Sequence record: MH533020.1
DNA from: Acinetobacter phage ABPH49
Reading direction: 5' to 3' (one strand)
Length of the DNA stretch: 64,000 nt
The notes beneath the pieces were generated by a model. The model had not been told where the DNA came from, did no database searches, and worked only from the letters and a program-made list of their open reading frames with translations. This document shows positions 36,018 to 45,348 of this stretch, in pieces (position 1 is the first letter of the stretch; every line of letters starts with the position of its first letter). The position numbers and the translations under genes are program-made.

Positions 36018-36475
36018 CAGGTGAAGGTTACTTCCTGCTGATCATGGGCGTACTTATCGCCCTGATTATGGTCATCTGGGCCGATGACACATTCTTCAAG
36101 CCAAAGCGTGAGACTCGCCCACCGGTGGAGAAGATCCTCGATCTGATAAAGTCAGAGGCTGGTTCCATAATCGTCCACAATGGTGACCACCTCGCTCCAG
36201 AGAGTGTCATGAAGAGGCAGTTCGTGGATTATACCATTGAAGACCGGATCACAAAGAAGCTGACATGGATCGGGAGGTTCCCTATGCATGACACCCCGGC
36301 AATCTCTGGGGATTTCAAGTGGTTCAATTCTTCGGAGGCTAAAAGGCTGTATCGGATCGTCAACAAGATTGGCACACGCCAAAGGAAAGAGAAAAACGAG
36401 AGGGCCTCAAAGGAACGCTATGAGCGTCATGAGGAACTTCGTAAGAAGGCCGAAGAGACGTATAAATACCGTTGA
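36014..36475 (+). CDS. membrane-anchored hypothetical protein
   Basis: 153 aa, N-terminal TM, Lys/Arg/Glu-rich C-terminus. Confidence 0.4.
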   Translation: MTGEGYFLLIMGVLIALIMVIWADDTFFKPKRETRPPVEKILDLIKSEAGSIIVHNGDHLAPESVMKRQFVDYTIEDRITKKLTWIGRFPMHDTPAISGDFKWFNSSEAKRLYRIVNKIGTRQRKEKNERASKERYERHEELRKKAEETYKYR

Positions 36476-36501
36476 CATACTTCCCCGGGGTCATGTAATA
36501 T
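36472..36501 (+). promoter_or_regulatory. sigma70-like promoter TTGACA-N18-TAATAT
   Basis: consensus hexamers upstream of 36531. Confidence 0.55.
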
Positions 36502-36530
36502 GGCCCCACATTGAACGAGAGGAGAAAATA

Positions 36531-37319
36531 GTGGAATACATCAATTCGATGCGTAAGCGTGAGGATTTCTTGGTGTTGGGACTTGATCGAGTGATCAACT
36601 GGAACCTTACCGCTCGCGGATCGCATCAGTTCAGTGACGAAGATGTGGCTCGCCAAAAGAGCTTTGTTGCTGAGGAGCTGAAGGAAACAATCCAAGCATC
36701 CGTGGATAAAAACCGTAAAGAGATTATCGACGGGATCTGCGACATGTTTGTTGTTGCTACCTACTGGAACTTCCTCAAGGTAATGAAAGAGCAGAACGGC
36801 CGCATCAAACCAGAAGACCGGGTTTCTGGACATTTCGACGATGGTTTCAAAGAAATGGTTATCCGAGATGCGAGAATGGACACTCTGGACTACATGAAGC
36901 CGGGTAGTTATTGGTCAGATGAAGAGCCTGTCGAGCTTCTCACGTATCTTGAGAACTGCCTTAATGATGACCGTTCGCATACGTTTGTTGAGATTGTTGT
37001 CACCCTGATGGAAATTCTCGACTTCAATGCCGAATTGGCTCTGGGTCGGGTCCTTGATTCAAACGACAGCAAGATGCCGACTGTGTACGAACTGACAAAC
37101 GCACTTGAGCAAGGTGGTTCACAGTTTATGGATGAACCACGGTCAGTTGATGAGATGGTTGAATTTGAGGCTGACAACCTTAACAGGTACCACGCCGGTC
37201 GCTACTCTGGTATCACCGGCAACATCAATGTTCAGTTGAATCGGGTAGTTTTCAAAGACTCGAACAACAAGATCATGAAGCCTTGCACATTCGCTGATCC
37301 AGCCCTCAGCGACCTGTAA
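36531..37319 (+). CDS. hypothetical protein, possible MazG-like NTP pyrophosphohydrolase
   Basis: GTG start after GAGGAGAAAATA; EELKETIQA...EIIDGICDMF resembles EExxE...ExxD NTP-PPase motif. Confidence 0.3.
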   Translation: MEYINSMRKREDFLVLGLDRVINWNLTARGSHQFSDEDVARQKSFVAEELKETIQASVDKNRKEIIDGICDMFVVATYWNFLKVMKEQNGRIKPEDRVSGHFDDGFKEMVIRDARMDTLDYMKPGSYWSDEEPVELLTYLENCLNDDRSHTFVEIVVTLMEILDFNAELALGRVLDSNDSKMPTVYELTNALEQGGSQFMDEPRSVDEMVEFEADNLNRYHAGRYSGITGNINVQLNRVVFKDSNNKIMKPCTFADPALSDL

Positions 37320-37327
37320 GAAAGTTG

Positions 37328-37358
37328 TTGACATAGACCACACGGATGTGGTTTAATG
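37328..37358 (+). promoter_or_regulatory. sigma70-like promoter TTGACA-N19-TTTAAT
   Basis: good -35, weaker -10. Confidence 0.35.
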
Positions 37359-37381
37359 ACCACCTTACATCGGGAGGCAGT

Positions 37382-37573
37382 ATGCAGATAAGCACTTACG
37401 ACCTTATCACCAAGATTGATGCGGTGGTAGTTTGGAAAGCACGGCGGCGCTGGGGGAAGTTCAAAACTGAGCGCACCGAGGTTAAGTCCCAAAACGAGCT
37501 GGCGTATGTCATGAAGACAATCCGCGAAGCTGGTGAAGATGCAAAATTCGTTCGCATTGAACATAAAAAGTAA
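37382..37573 (+). CDS. hypothetical protein
   Basis: 63 aa, GGAGG RBS. Confidence 0.35.
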   Translation: MQISTYDLITKIDAVVVWKARRRWGKFKTERTEVKSQNELAYVMKTIREAGEDAKFVRIEHKK

Positions 37574-37590
37574 TCGAGAGGAGAACAAAA

Positions 37591-37914
37591 ATGGCTAAGA
37601 AAGACCTGATCGCAACCATCCCTTCAGACCCGGCAGCACGTAAGCGCCTGTCAGACACCATCAACGAAGCTGTGAAGCTGCGTATCGGCATCAAAGACAG
37701 TCAGGAAAGCCTTCGCGACCTCATCAAGGTTGAGAAAGAAGACCGAGACTTCTGTCCGAAATTCCTGAAAACCCTGATCGACGGTGAGTTCGACAAGCAG
37801 TACGCAGCAGAAAAAGCCCGCCGTAATCTGGAAGGCAAGATCGAACAGCTGAACGAACTGGACATCCTGATGGGCCGCAAGGCTGAGCCGGAAGCGGAAG
37901 ACGGCGAGGAGTAA
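37591..37914 (+). CDS. hypothetical protein
   Basis: 107 aa, GAGAGGAGAA RBS. Confidence 0.4.
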   Translation: MAKKDLIATIPSDPAARKRLSDTINEAVKLRIGIKDSQESLRDLIKVEKEDRDFCPKFLKTLIDGEFDKQYAAEKARRNLEGKIEQLNELDILMGRKAEPEAEDGEE

Positions 37915-38144
37915 TGTACATCCACTTCCCGGGTGACGTTTACGAAAGGCTGAGTGTTCTTGCACAGCGCGATGAAATCTCTATCGCGGCCTTCGTGGCA
38001 AAAGAGATGGCCCGGATCTCGAAGGAGCGTGTTACCATCGAGTACACGGTCAAGGAAGAAAGTTCCGCAGACATGCGGGAACTCCGAAACCAGATCCTTC
38101 GCTCGCTGGAAATAGGAAAGATTGGAGCACCTACGTCGAACTAG
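37914..38144 (+). CDS. ribbon-helix-helix-like DNA-binding protein
   Basis: 76 aa; N-terminal beta-strand then helix DVYERLSVLAQRDEISIAAFVAKEMA typical of RHH/CopG. Confidence 0.35.
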   Translation: MYIHFPGDVYERLSVLAQRDEISIAAFVAKEMARISKERVTIEYTVKEESSADMRELRNQILRSLEIGKIGAPTSN

Positions 38145-38168
38145 GACGAAAGGCATCCAAAAACACTC

Positions 38169-38196
38169 AAAGGTCACCTTCGGGTGGCCTTTTTCA
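38169..38196 (+). terminator. rho-independent terminator (copy 1 of shared 33-mer)
   Basis: AGGTCACC-TTCG-GGTGGCCT + TTTTT; identical 33-nt block at 43827-43859. Confidence 0.7.
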
Positions 38197-38223
38197 ATAT
38201 GGCCCACAATAGGGGAGATAAAA

Positions 38224-38442
38224 ATGAAAGGTTTTTGCTTAGGTGTTAGCGTAATGGCGCTGCTTGTAAACATCGTACTGTATTTCTCTATGCCTTCCGC
38301 ACACGCATCGCAGACCATGAGCCTTGTCGATGAATACCGGGACGGCAATCAAAAAGTCTGTGTGTACAGCGACGGACGCAACAGCGCCGAAGTCAGAAAG
38401 AGCCTTGCAGGGGCTTGTCCTTCAAAACATATTCGGGGGTAA
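38224..38442 (+). CDS. small secreted protein
   Basis: 72 aa with signal peptide MKGFCLGVSVMALLVNIVLYFSMPSAHA. Confidence 0.4.
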   Translation: MKGFCLGVSVMALLVNIVLYFSMPSAHASQTMSLVDEYRDGNQKVCVYSDGRNSAEVRKSLAGACPSKHIRG

Positions 38443-38445
38443 AAA

Positions 38446-38762
38446 TGGGTAACGTACTCCACATCCATGCAACTGATCGCGCTCTGGCTACTGGGCTGTT
38501 TGCACCGCAGGACTCTCCATCTGAGAACTGTGAGTACAACATGTACCTGCCGTCAGAATCATGCGACATGAAGATCTGGCTAACCCAGATCGACACAATC
38601 TTCCAGAGGGTATACTGGATCGGCTTCGACTATGTGACCATCCATAGCGGGGATTATTCAAGCTTGGCAATCACTGGGATGAAAATCAACCTTGGAAATC
38701 TTCTTTTCCGAGAAGGTTCCCGGGTGAATGTCCCTAGTGACCTGCTGAGGAAATTCCTGTGA
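38446..38762 (+). CDS. hypothetical protein
   Basis: 105 aa. Confidence 0.35.
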
Positions 38763-39196
38763 AGATAACAGACAAGCACGTATTGTTCTTTTCATACAAG
38801 GATATGTTCAGCAACCACTTCCGGTCTGAACGCCCATTCTTCTCTCCACGTCATGAGCGTGACGGGGTTAAGTTCTATACCGGCGAGCACTTCATGATGT
38901 ATGAGAAGGCAAAGCTGTTCGGTGATGAAGAGATCTCAAAGAAGATCCTTGAAACATTCCACCCTCAGGAGGCAAAGAAGCTCGGACGGCTGGTGAAGGG
39001 GTTCAACAACGATGTGTGGGAGTATCACCGTGAGGACATAATCTTCTCGATCGTGTATTGCCGGTTGGTATACGACCAACACCTACGCCTGTCGGCGCTC
39101 AATCACCGCATGGATGGCCGATCATTCGTTGAGGCGTCCCCTTGGGACAAGATCTACGGCATCGGTCTGAAGGAGACTGACCCTGCGTGCGGCTGA
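38759..39196 (+). CDS. NADAR (YbiA/DUF1768) domain protein
   Basis: FFSYKDMFSNHF...GEHFMMYEKAKLF...KKLGRLVKGFNNDVW...FVEASPWDKIYGIG matches YbiA/NADAR pattern across full length; GTG start. Confidence 0.7.
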   Translation: MKITDKHVLFFSYKDMFSNHFRSERPFFSPRHERDGVKFYTGEHFMMYEKAKLFGDEEISKKILETFHPQEAKKLGRLVKGFNNDVWEYHREDIIFSIVYCRLVYDQHLRLSALNHRMDGRSFVEASPWDKIYGIGLKETDPACG

Positions 39197-39397
39197 CGAT
39201 CCATCCCAATGGAAAGGATTAAACCTCCTCGGCAAGGCGTGGGACAACGCCACAGACGCTCTGGCGGAAAAGTGCGGAGGGTACGAGCTTATGAGTAAGG
39301 AGAGAGCAACATGGGGCATATAATGCTACTGATGGTTTACGCTGGATGGTTCTCATCGGTGGCGTGGCTAAGTTTTACTGGGAAACTGCATTTTACC

Positions 39398-39426
39398 TTG
39401 ACAGTTTCCCGTTAGCGGTGTATGGT
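39398..39426 (+). promoter_or_regulatory. sigma70-like promoter TTGACA-N17-TATGGT
   Basis: upstream of 39488 HNH gene. Confidence 0.45.
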
Positions 39427-39487
39427 ATCATGTTCTTCTTCCTGACACATCTGGTTGCTTTCTACGAAGTGAAAAGGAGGGGTTACA

Positions 39488-40000
39488 TTGTCAGATAAGA
39501 TAAAGCACAAGATCTGTCTTATCCCAAGGACATCGTGGGACCAAAACCTGCGAAGCCACCTGACGAAGACAGGTTGGGACAAGGTAAGGCGAAAGTGCTA
39601 CGCAGAACATGGCTATCATTGTCAGATCTGCGGGAACCAAGGTGGTAACGGTAAAAAACACCCCGTTGAGTGTCATGAAGACTGGACATTCGAAGACGGA
39701 GAGGTTAAGCTGGTAGGCCTTATGTGCCTGTGCCCTCCGTGTCATGAATTCCATCACCCGGGGCTGGCCGAGATGAACGGTAATGTCGAGCGTATGCTCC
39801 GGCAGTTCATGAAGGTGAATAACATCACTCGCGATCAGGCGATCGCATACATGAAGAGTGAGTTCAATATCTGGCGGGAGCGCAGCAAACAAAGCTGGAC
39901 CCTCAATATTGACTACCTCGACGAGTACATGGGTGGTGAGCAGGTTGGTAAGAAAAAGAAACCGGTGCTGAAGGACTACGGCCCGGGCGAGGCATTCTGA
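39488..40000 (+). CDS. HNH endonuclease
   Basis: CQICGN...HPVECHEDW...LMCLCPPCHEFHH HNH zinc-finger motif; 170 aa. Confidence 0.65.
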   Translation: MSDKIKHKICLIPRTSWDQNLRSHLTKTGWDKVRRKCYAEHGYHCQICGNQGGNGKKHPVECHEDWTFEDGEVKLVGLMCLCPPCHEFHHPGLAEMNGNVERMLRQFMKVNNITRDQAIAYMKSEFNIWRERSKQSWTLNIDYLDEYMGGEQVGKKKKPVLKDYGPGEAF

Positions 40001-40028
40001 GGAGTGCGAGAGAAGTGAAGAGGGGGTT

Positions 40029-41153
40029 TTGATGGGGTACCCATACGTTAAGGACCTCGCGGAGATCATGTCTCCAGATTGTGAGATTATTCTCGATCTG
40101 GATCAGACGTGCTTCGTGGCGGCGGCAGGAGCCGAGAAGAGAACGATCAAGGCGATTCACACCAAATCAGGGAAGTTCGAGATCTTCAAGAACAGGACCG
40201 AGTTCTGGGGATCCGGTAAGAAAGCGATCGGTGGTTGGCTGAAGGATTCAAACACCAACCGCGAGATGGCGGCAATGAAGGCTGGAAAGACCTTCAGGCC
40301 ACTTGGTCGGGAAGACTTCACAATCGAGGATATTCAGACGCCGGAGCCGGTTGAGAACTGTCTACACCTGCTGAAGGTGAAGATCAACGCAATCCTCGAG
40401 CACATGCAGTGCGAAAACGGTGTGGGTGTTCTGGGCGGGGAAGGAAACTTCCGCCTTGTTCTTCCAACGCCGGAGATTTACAAGGGCAACCGCGAAGACA
40501 CTCTACGACCGCTTCTGTTGGCGGATACCCGCGAGTACGTCAAGAAGAAATACGGCGCGGTTGTGATCGACGGGATCGAGGCTGATGACTACCTGACCAT
40601 GAAACAGTGGGAGGGGTGGCAGCACTACCAGCGGACTGGCAAGTTCAACAAGATCGTTGCCTCGTTCGACAAGGATCAGGTGCAGTGCCCGGGGCTTATC
40701 TTCAACACGATGCGTGAAACGGATAAAGGCCGCGAGTCTGGGTGGAAACACCCGCAGCCAATGCTTATCGACGATTCGATGGGTGAAGTGTGGATGGAGA
40801 AGGGTAAGGTTAAGGGCTGGGGTAAGAAATTCTTCGGCTACCAGATGCTGTTTGGCGACACGTCGGACAACGTCAAACCCTACCAGAACTTCGACATCAA
40901 GTTTGGGGAAGGTGCCGCCTTCAAGGTGATCTCCCCTTGCGACACGGAAGCCGACATGTGGGCTGCGATCGTAGACACTTACAAGGGCTGGTTCCCTGAT
41001 GGTGTTGAGTTTGTGGACCACTCTGGAGTTGAGCGTAAGTTTACTGCCGGGCAGTGGGCGAGCGTAATCTTCCAGCTGGTGTACATGAAAAGGTGGGAAG
41101 GTGACGAAACTTCCTTGACCACAAAACTGAGGGAGGTTGGGCTGATCAAATGA
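40029..41153 (+). CDS. 5'-3' exonuclease / flap endonuclease (FEN, T4 RNase H-like)
   Basis: motifs ILDLDQTCF, VIDGIEADDYL, ASFDKDQVQ, FGDTSDNVKP correspond to FEN/PIN catalytic clusters. Confidence 0.65.
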   Translation: MMGYPYVKDLAEIMSPDCEIILDLDQTCFVAAAGAEKRTIKAIHTKSGKFEIFKNRTEFWGSGKKAIGGWLKDSNTNREMAAMKAGKTFRPLGREDFTIEDIQTPEPVENCLHLLKVKINAILEHMQCENGVGVLGGEGNFRLVLPTPEIYKGNREDTLRPLLLADTREYVKKKYGAVVIDGIEADDYLTMKQWEGWQHYQRTGKFNKIVASFDKDQVQCPGLIFNTMRETDKGRESGWKHPQPMLIDDSMGEVWMEKGKVKGWGKKFFGYQMLFGDTSDNVKPYQNFDIKFGEGAAFKVISPCDTEADMWAAIVDTYKGWFPDGVEFVDHSGVERKFTAGQWASVIFQLVYMKRWEGDETSLTTKLREVGLIK

Positions 41154-41482
41154 TCTTTGAGAATGCTGATGAGAAAATCATCGAACTCGTAGAGGCGGAG
41201 GATTCTCTTCGCCACCACCTCGCCCAGTACAAGGGTGCAACAATGTTCTACGATGGACCGTGGACCATTGTTGACGACCCTTGGTCGATCCAGTGGTTGA
41301 ACGAAAAGGAAGAGTTGTGCCAAGTGCAGATCATCGCACCACCGATTGAGGGTGAAAAGTTGAGCATGTTCGTTTGCACATTCGATGCACGAACTGTTCT
41401 GAACCTTGTCCTCATGAAGGAAGAGTACATCAGTGTCGAACACGAATTGGAGAAAGAAAAGAGTGAGAATCCTGACGATTGA
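41150..41482 (+). CDS. hypothetical protein
   Basis: 110 aa, ATGA-coupled. Confidence 0.35.
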   Translation: MIFENADEKIIELVEAEDSLRHHLAQYKGATMFYDGPWTIVDDPWSIQWLNEKEELCQVQIIAPPIEGEKLSMFVCTFDARTVLNLVLMKEEYISVEHELEKEKSENPDD

Positions 41483-42044
41483 CCAGAGTATGGCGTCATG
41501 CGCCTACGTGGTGTTGGAAGACGAAAAGCCGATCTTCAAAGAGGTGTTGCACACAACCGGGGCTGCTGATCCAAAGGCTTGGCAGATCAGGTTCGATAAC
41601 CCGGTTGAGCAAATGGATTACATCTCCAAGAAGATCCTCGGGGTAGCCAACAGCTTCGAAGTCGAGCACGTCGTTATGGAATCGCTGAGTTTCGGATCTG
41701 CGGGTAACGCAACCCGCGATCTGGCCGGGCTGTTCTTCTGCATCCAGCTCACTCTGTTCCGAGATGGACGGTATGGGATGGATCAGCTGCATACGATCGC
41801 GCCGACATCGGCCAAATCTTGGGCATGGAACTTCTTGCCAGAAGACATGCAGTCCGTCCCTAATGAAAAGGGAACCAAGATGAACAAGCGAAAGATGGGT
41901 AAGGATGAAATGGTGATTGTTGCCAAATCTCTGTACCCGGGTTTCCTTGACGGCTACAACAAAACAGGTAAGAATGGTGGGTTGACTGACCTCGCGGATG
42001 CGATCTTGATTGGTCGTACTTGGCGGGCTAAGCGGGGGCTGTAA
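41463..42044 (+). CDS. RuvC-like Holliday junction resolvase
   Basis: RILTIDQSMAS..., ESLSFGSAGN, LTDLADAILIG (RuvC-like D/E/D/D arrangement); GTG start, alternative 41433. Confidence 0.6.
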   Translation: MRILTIDQSMASCAYVVLEDEKPIFKEVLHTTGAADPKAWQIRFDNPVEQMDYISKKILGVANSFEVEHVVMESLSFGSAGNATRDLAGLFFCIQLTLFRDGRYGMDQLHTIAPTSAKSWAWNFLPEDMQSVPNEKGTKMNKRKMGKDEMVIVAKSLYPGFLDGYNKTGKNGGLTDLADAILIGRTWRAKRGL

Positions 42045-42628
42045 TGGCCCGTCGCTACCGCCGTAAAACTTCGAGGTCTGCAAAGCCGAAGTTTGCCACC
42101 AAGAAAAAGGTGACCGCTCGAATCACCACACCGCTGAATAAGGATTTATGGGTTTCAGGGTCGAAATCTATAGAGAAAGAAAGGGATAGGATCCTCGCAG
42201 AACAAGGAGGGCTTTGCGCTCTCCTCGGCGAGCCGGTGATAGACCCGTGTCTTGACCATGATCATTACGACGGGAAATGCCGGGGAGTCCTAAGCAGTGT
42301 GGTCAACATGTGGGAAGGGAAAGTTCATGAGTTGTGGGGACGTCATGTGGCCGAATACACAGACACCCCGCTCAGTGAAGTCCTGAGGAGAATGGCCGAT
42401 TATCTGGAAGCTGATCGGACACAATCTAAGCTGCATGGTAAAACAGTGGCCGACCTGAAGGCTTACCTGAAAAAACTGACGAAAGAAACGATCGTCCGTC
42501 GTGGACGAGAGATCCTTGGTATTGAGATCGACCCGGAACTCGAAAAGGTTGAGCAGATCAGGATCTACGTCGTCGAATTCATTCGTCAACTCGAGGAGAA
42601 TTACGGTTATGAGAGAAGTCGGCCTTAG
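42044..42628 (+). CDS. endonuclease VII-like (T4 gp49-like) resolvase
   Basis: GGLCALLGEPVIDPCLDHDHYDGKCRGVLSSVVNMWEGK resembles EndoVII zinc/H-N-H core. Confidence 0.6.
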   Translation: MARRYRRKTSRSAKPKFATKKKVTARITTPLNKDLWVSGSKSIEKERDRILAEQGGLCALLGEPVIDPCLDHDHYDGKCRGVLSSVVNMWEGKVHELWGRHVAEYTDTPLSEVLRRMADYLEADRTQSKLHGKTVADLKAYLKKLTKETIVRRGREILGIEIDPELEKVEQIRIYVVEFIRQLEENYGYERSRP

Positions 42629-42833
42629 TGCAGGGATTGATGCACCAGTGATCCAGTTCTTCTATCGCAATTGGCGAGGGGAGTGTGGCTACCGTAAGAT
42701 CAAGGGGACTCCGCAGTTCTGGTATGGAACGAGCCAGTACCACAAGGGTGCCCAGTGGTTCATCAAGGCATACGATGCAGACAAAGATGATGTAAGAGAC
42801 TTCGCAGTCAAAGACATCATTGAATTCGTGTAA
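42609..42833 (+). CDS. hypothetical protein
   Basis: 74 aa. Confidence 0.3.
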   Translation: MREVGLSAGIDAPVIQFFYRNWRGECGYRKIKGTPQFWYGTSQYHKGAQWFIKAYDADKDDVRDFAVKDIIEFV

Positions 42834-42853
42834 ACGAGAGGAGAATAGCAGTA

Positions 42854-43828
42854 ATGACAACCAACCAAACGGTCAAGGCAACAATCACGGATGAGCAGTT
42901 GGAAAATCTGAAGGCGTCTGGGCTTTCCAACCGAGCGATTGCCCGAGACTATCTGGGCAAAGAGAGTCGTGAGTCCTACGTGCGCCTGCGTCTTGATCGC
43001 CTGTACGGAAGCACACGAGCAAGTGTCAGTGCGCTGAACGCTGCCAAACGAAGGGCTAGTGGTCCGAAGGTTCTCGTATTGGACATCGAGACAGCACCGC
43101 TGATCGCCCACATGTGGAGCCTCTGGCAAAACGGGATCGGCCTGAACCAAATGCAAGGTGACTGGCACCTGCTGTCGTATGCTGCCAAGTGGATTGATAG
43201 CGACGAAGTGTTCTACAAGGATCAGCGTGACAAGGAAGACATCACGGATGACTCTGAGCTGTTGGAAGATCTCTGGGAGCTTCTGAACGAAGCGGACTTC
43301 GTGATTGGTCACAACATCCGCAAGTTCGACATCAAGAAGATCAAGGCCCGGATGCTGTTGAATGGCTTGCCGCCTCCGTCAACCTTCCGACAGATTGACA
43401 CCCTGATCATTGCCAAGAGCGTGTTCGCGTTCACCAGCAATAAGCTGGAGTACCTGACTGACAAACTCTGCAAGGTGTTCAAGAAGTCCAAGCACGGTAA
43501 GTTCCACGGACATTCCCTGTGGACAGAGTGTCTGAAAGGTAACCCGGAAGCATGGCTGGAGATGGAGGAATACAACAAGTACGACATCCTGTCCAACCAA
43601 GAGCTGTACGAGATTCTGGCACCGTGGGATGCCCGCCTGCCGAACTTCGACCTGTACACGGATGAGGTCCTCGACAACTCCGAATGGGTTAAAGACGGGT
43701 ACCACCTGACCAACCTCGGTAAGTACGATCGTTATCGTCACGTGGTGACCGGCCAGTACCGCCGTGGGCGGAAAAATCTGCTAACGAAGGAAAAGCGAGC
43801 TTCGTTGCTGTCAAACATCATCGCTTAA
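42854..43828 (+). CDS. DEDD-family 3'-5' exonuclease (DnaQ-like)
   Basis: exo motifs VLDIETAP (I), GHNIRKFD (II), YNKYDIL...ELY (III); 324 aa. Confidence 0.6.
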   Translation: MTTNQTVKATITDEQLENLKASGLSNRAIARDYLGKESRESYVRLRLDRLYGSTRASVSALNAAKRRASGPKVLVLDIETAPLIAHMWSLWQNGIGLNQMQGDWHLLSYAAKWIDSDEVFYKDQRDKEDITDDSELLEDLWELLNEADFVIGHNIRKFDIKKIKARMLLNGLPPPSTFRQIDTLIIAKSVFAFTSNKLEYLTDKLCKVFKKSKHGKFHGHSLWTECLKGNPEAWLEMEEYNKYDILSNQELYEILAPWDARLPNFDLYTDEVLDNSEWVKDGYHLTNLGKYDRYRHVVTGQYRRGRKNLLTKEKRASLLSNIIA

Positions 43829-43833
43829 CACTC

Positions 43834-43861
43834 AAAGGTCACCTTCGGGTGGCCTTTTTTC
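43834..43861 (+). terminator. rho-independent terminator (copy 2 of shared 33-mer)
   Basis: identical to 38162-38194 block. Confidence 0.7.
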
Positions 43862-43929
43862 GTGATTGGTGATTGACATGGTCGGTAGGATTTGAGAAAA
43901 TTCTCATGTTGAAGAAGAGAGGAGAAGAA

Positions 43930-44567
43930 ATGAAGATCATTGCTTTAAATGCCCCTGCGAACTCCGGCAAAGACGAGATCGCTAAATACCTGAGCAAAAA
44001 TACGGCACCGTGCACATGGAGATCAAAGAGCTGCTGTTCGAAGTGGCTATCCGCGCCGCCGGGGTCAGCAAAAAGCTCTGGGAAGCACTGTATGAGCGCG
44101 AGTACAAAGAGCGCCCATGCCCATACCTGATGATCAACGGACAAAACGTCAGCCCGCGTGAGTGGATGATCCATTGTTCTGAGGGACTGATGAAGCCGAT
44201 CTTCGGCAACACTGTGTTCGGCGACGCCCTCCGCAAGAAACTCGAGGCTTTGGAAGAAGAGAATGCCGGTAAAGAGTTGGTGATCGTCCTGTCCGATGGG
44301 GGCTTCGTTGCTGAGGCGATTCCAAACATGGATTTTGTCGGTGTTCACAATTACTACCTCGCCCGCGTGCAGCGCGTGGATGAAAACGGTGACCCAAGCA
44401 AATACGGCTTCGGGGCAGATAGTCGCCGGTTCTTGTACGCCAGTGACTTTGGCTTCGCTATCCGTGCCGTTGATTGGGAAAACCGACCAAATGAGCTTGA
44501 GCAGCTGGCAGAAGAGATCTATGCCGACGCAATGGCTAACAAAAAGAGCAGCTGGGAGCAACCATGA
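43930..44567 (+). pseudogene. deoxynucleoside monophosphate kinase-like P-loop kinase split by apparent A-run deletion at 43996-44000
   Basis: MKIIALNAPANSGKDEIAKYLSKN (frame a) continues as YGTVHMEIKELLFE... in frame -1; one extra A in CAAAAAT restores a 212-aa ORF. Confidence 0.5.
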
Positions 44568-45160
44568 TTAAATGTCCTATCATTGTCGACGTGGATCAGA
44601 CCTTCGTAGATTCTGCAACACCGTGGCTTCGGTGGTGTGAGGATGTGTACGGTGTTCTGCCAGACTGGAGCCAAAGCCCTCCGAGTGGTGAGATGCACTA
44701 CAACATCGGGAGCTATTTCCCGTCGCCGAAGAAGCATCAACCTCTGCCGCTGTTGTTCTGGGAGGATCCGTTCCTCTACGACAAGCTTCGTCCTCTGCCC
44801 GGCGCACTGGTCGTACTCCGCAAACTGAAAAGTATGGGACACCCGATCCGCTTTGTCTCTTACTGCAAGAACGGCCACTTCAGTTCAAAGGCGAGATTCC
44901 TGAAGCGTGAGACAAGCGACTTCTTGGATCTCGAGACTGGGTCAACTGGGGACGGGTTCTACGCCACAAAGGTGAAAAGTGGTGTAAGCGGTGGTGTGAT
45001 CATTGACGATCGCAACGAGTTCCTGAACCAGTTTGCGGATGACGTGCTGAAGATTAAGATGTGGACCCCGTTCACACAGTCTGTTGAGCCACGTTGCAAA
45101 TACGACTTCGAGGCTCGCAGCTGGAAGCAGATCGGCGACTTCCTGCTGGCAACGCTGTAA
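44564..45160 (+). CDS. HAD-family 5'(3')-deoxyribonucleotidase-like
   Basis: IIVDVDQTFVDS (DxDxT) motif I, 198 aa. Confidence 0.5.
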   Translation: MIKCPIIVDVDQTFVDSATPWLRWCEDVYGVLPDWSQSPPSGEMHYNIGSYFPSPKKHQPLPLLFWEDPFLYDKLRPLPGALVVLRKLKSMGHPIRFVSYCKNGHFSSKARFLKRETSDFLDLETGSTGDGFYATKVKSGVSGGVIIDDRNEFLNQFADDVLKIKMWTPFTQSVEPRCKYDFEARSWKQIGDFLLATL

Positions 45161-45348
45161 TGGCGAAGGATTGTGGCACATACGCGGTTAAGTATGGGCA
45201 GCAGGTGGAGATTCTGGACGGCGAGGGGAACATCCTCGCCTCTTTCAGAGCCAGATCTGACATGTGCAAAGAAATTCTTGACAGGTATTTGGCTAACATG
45301 TACCATGTCGACACAACAAAACAGTACAAAATCAAAAGGATACGATGA
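45160..45348 (+). CDS. hypothetical protein
   Basis: 62 aa MAKDCGTYAVKYGQQ; TAATG overlap. Confidence 0.3.
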   Translation: MAKDCGTYAVKYGQQVEILDGEGNILASFRARSDMCKEILDRYLANMYHVDTTKQYKIKRIR

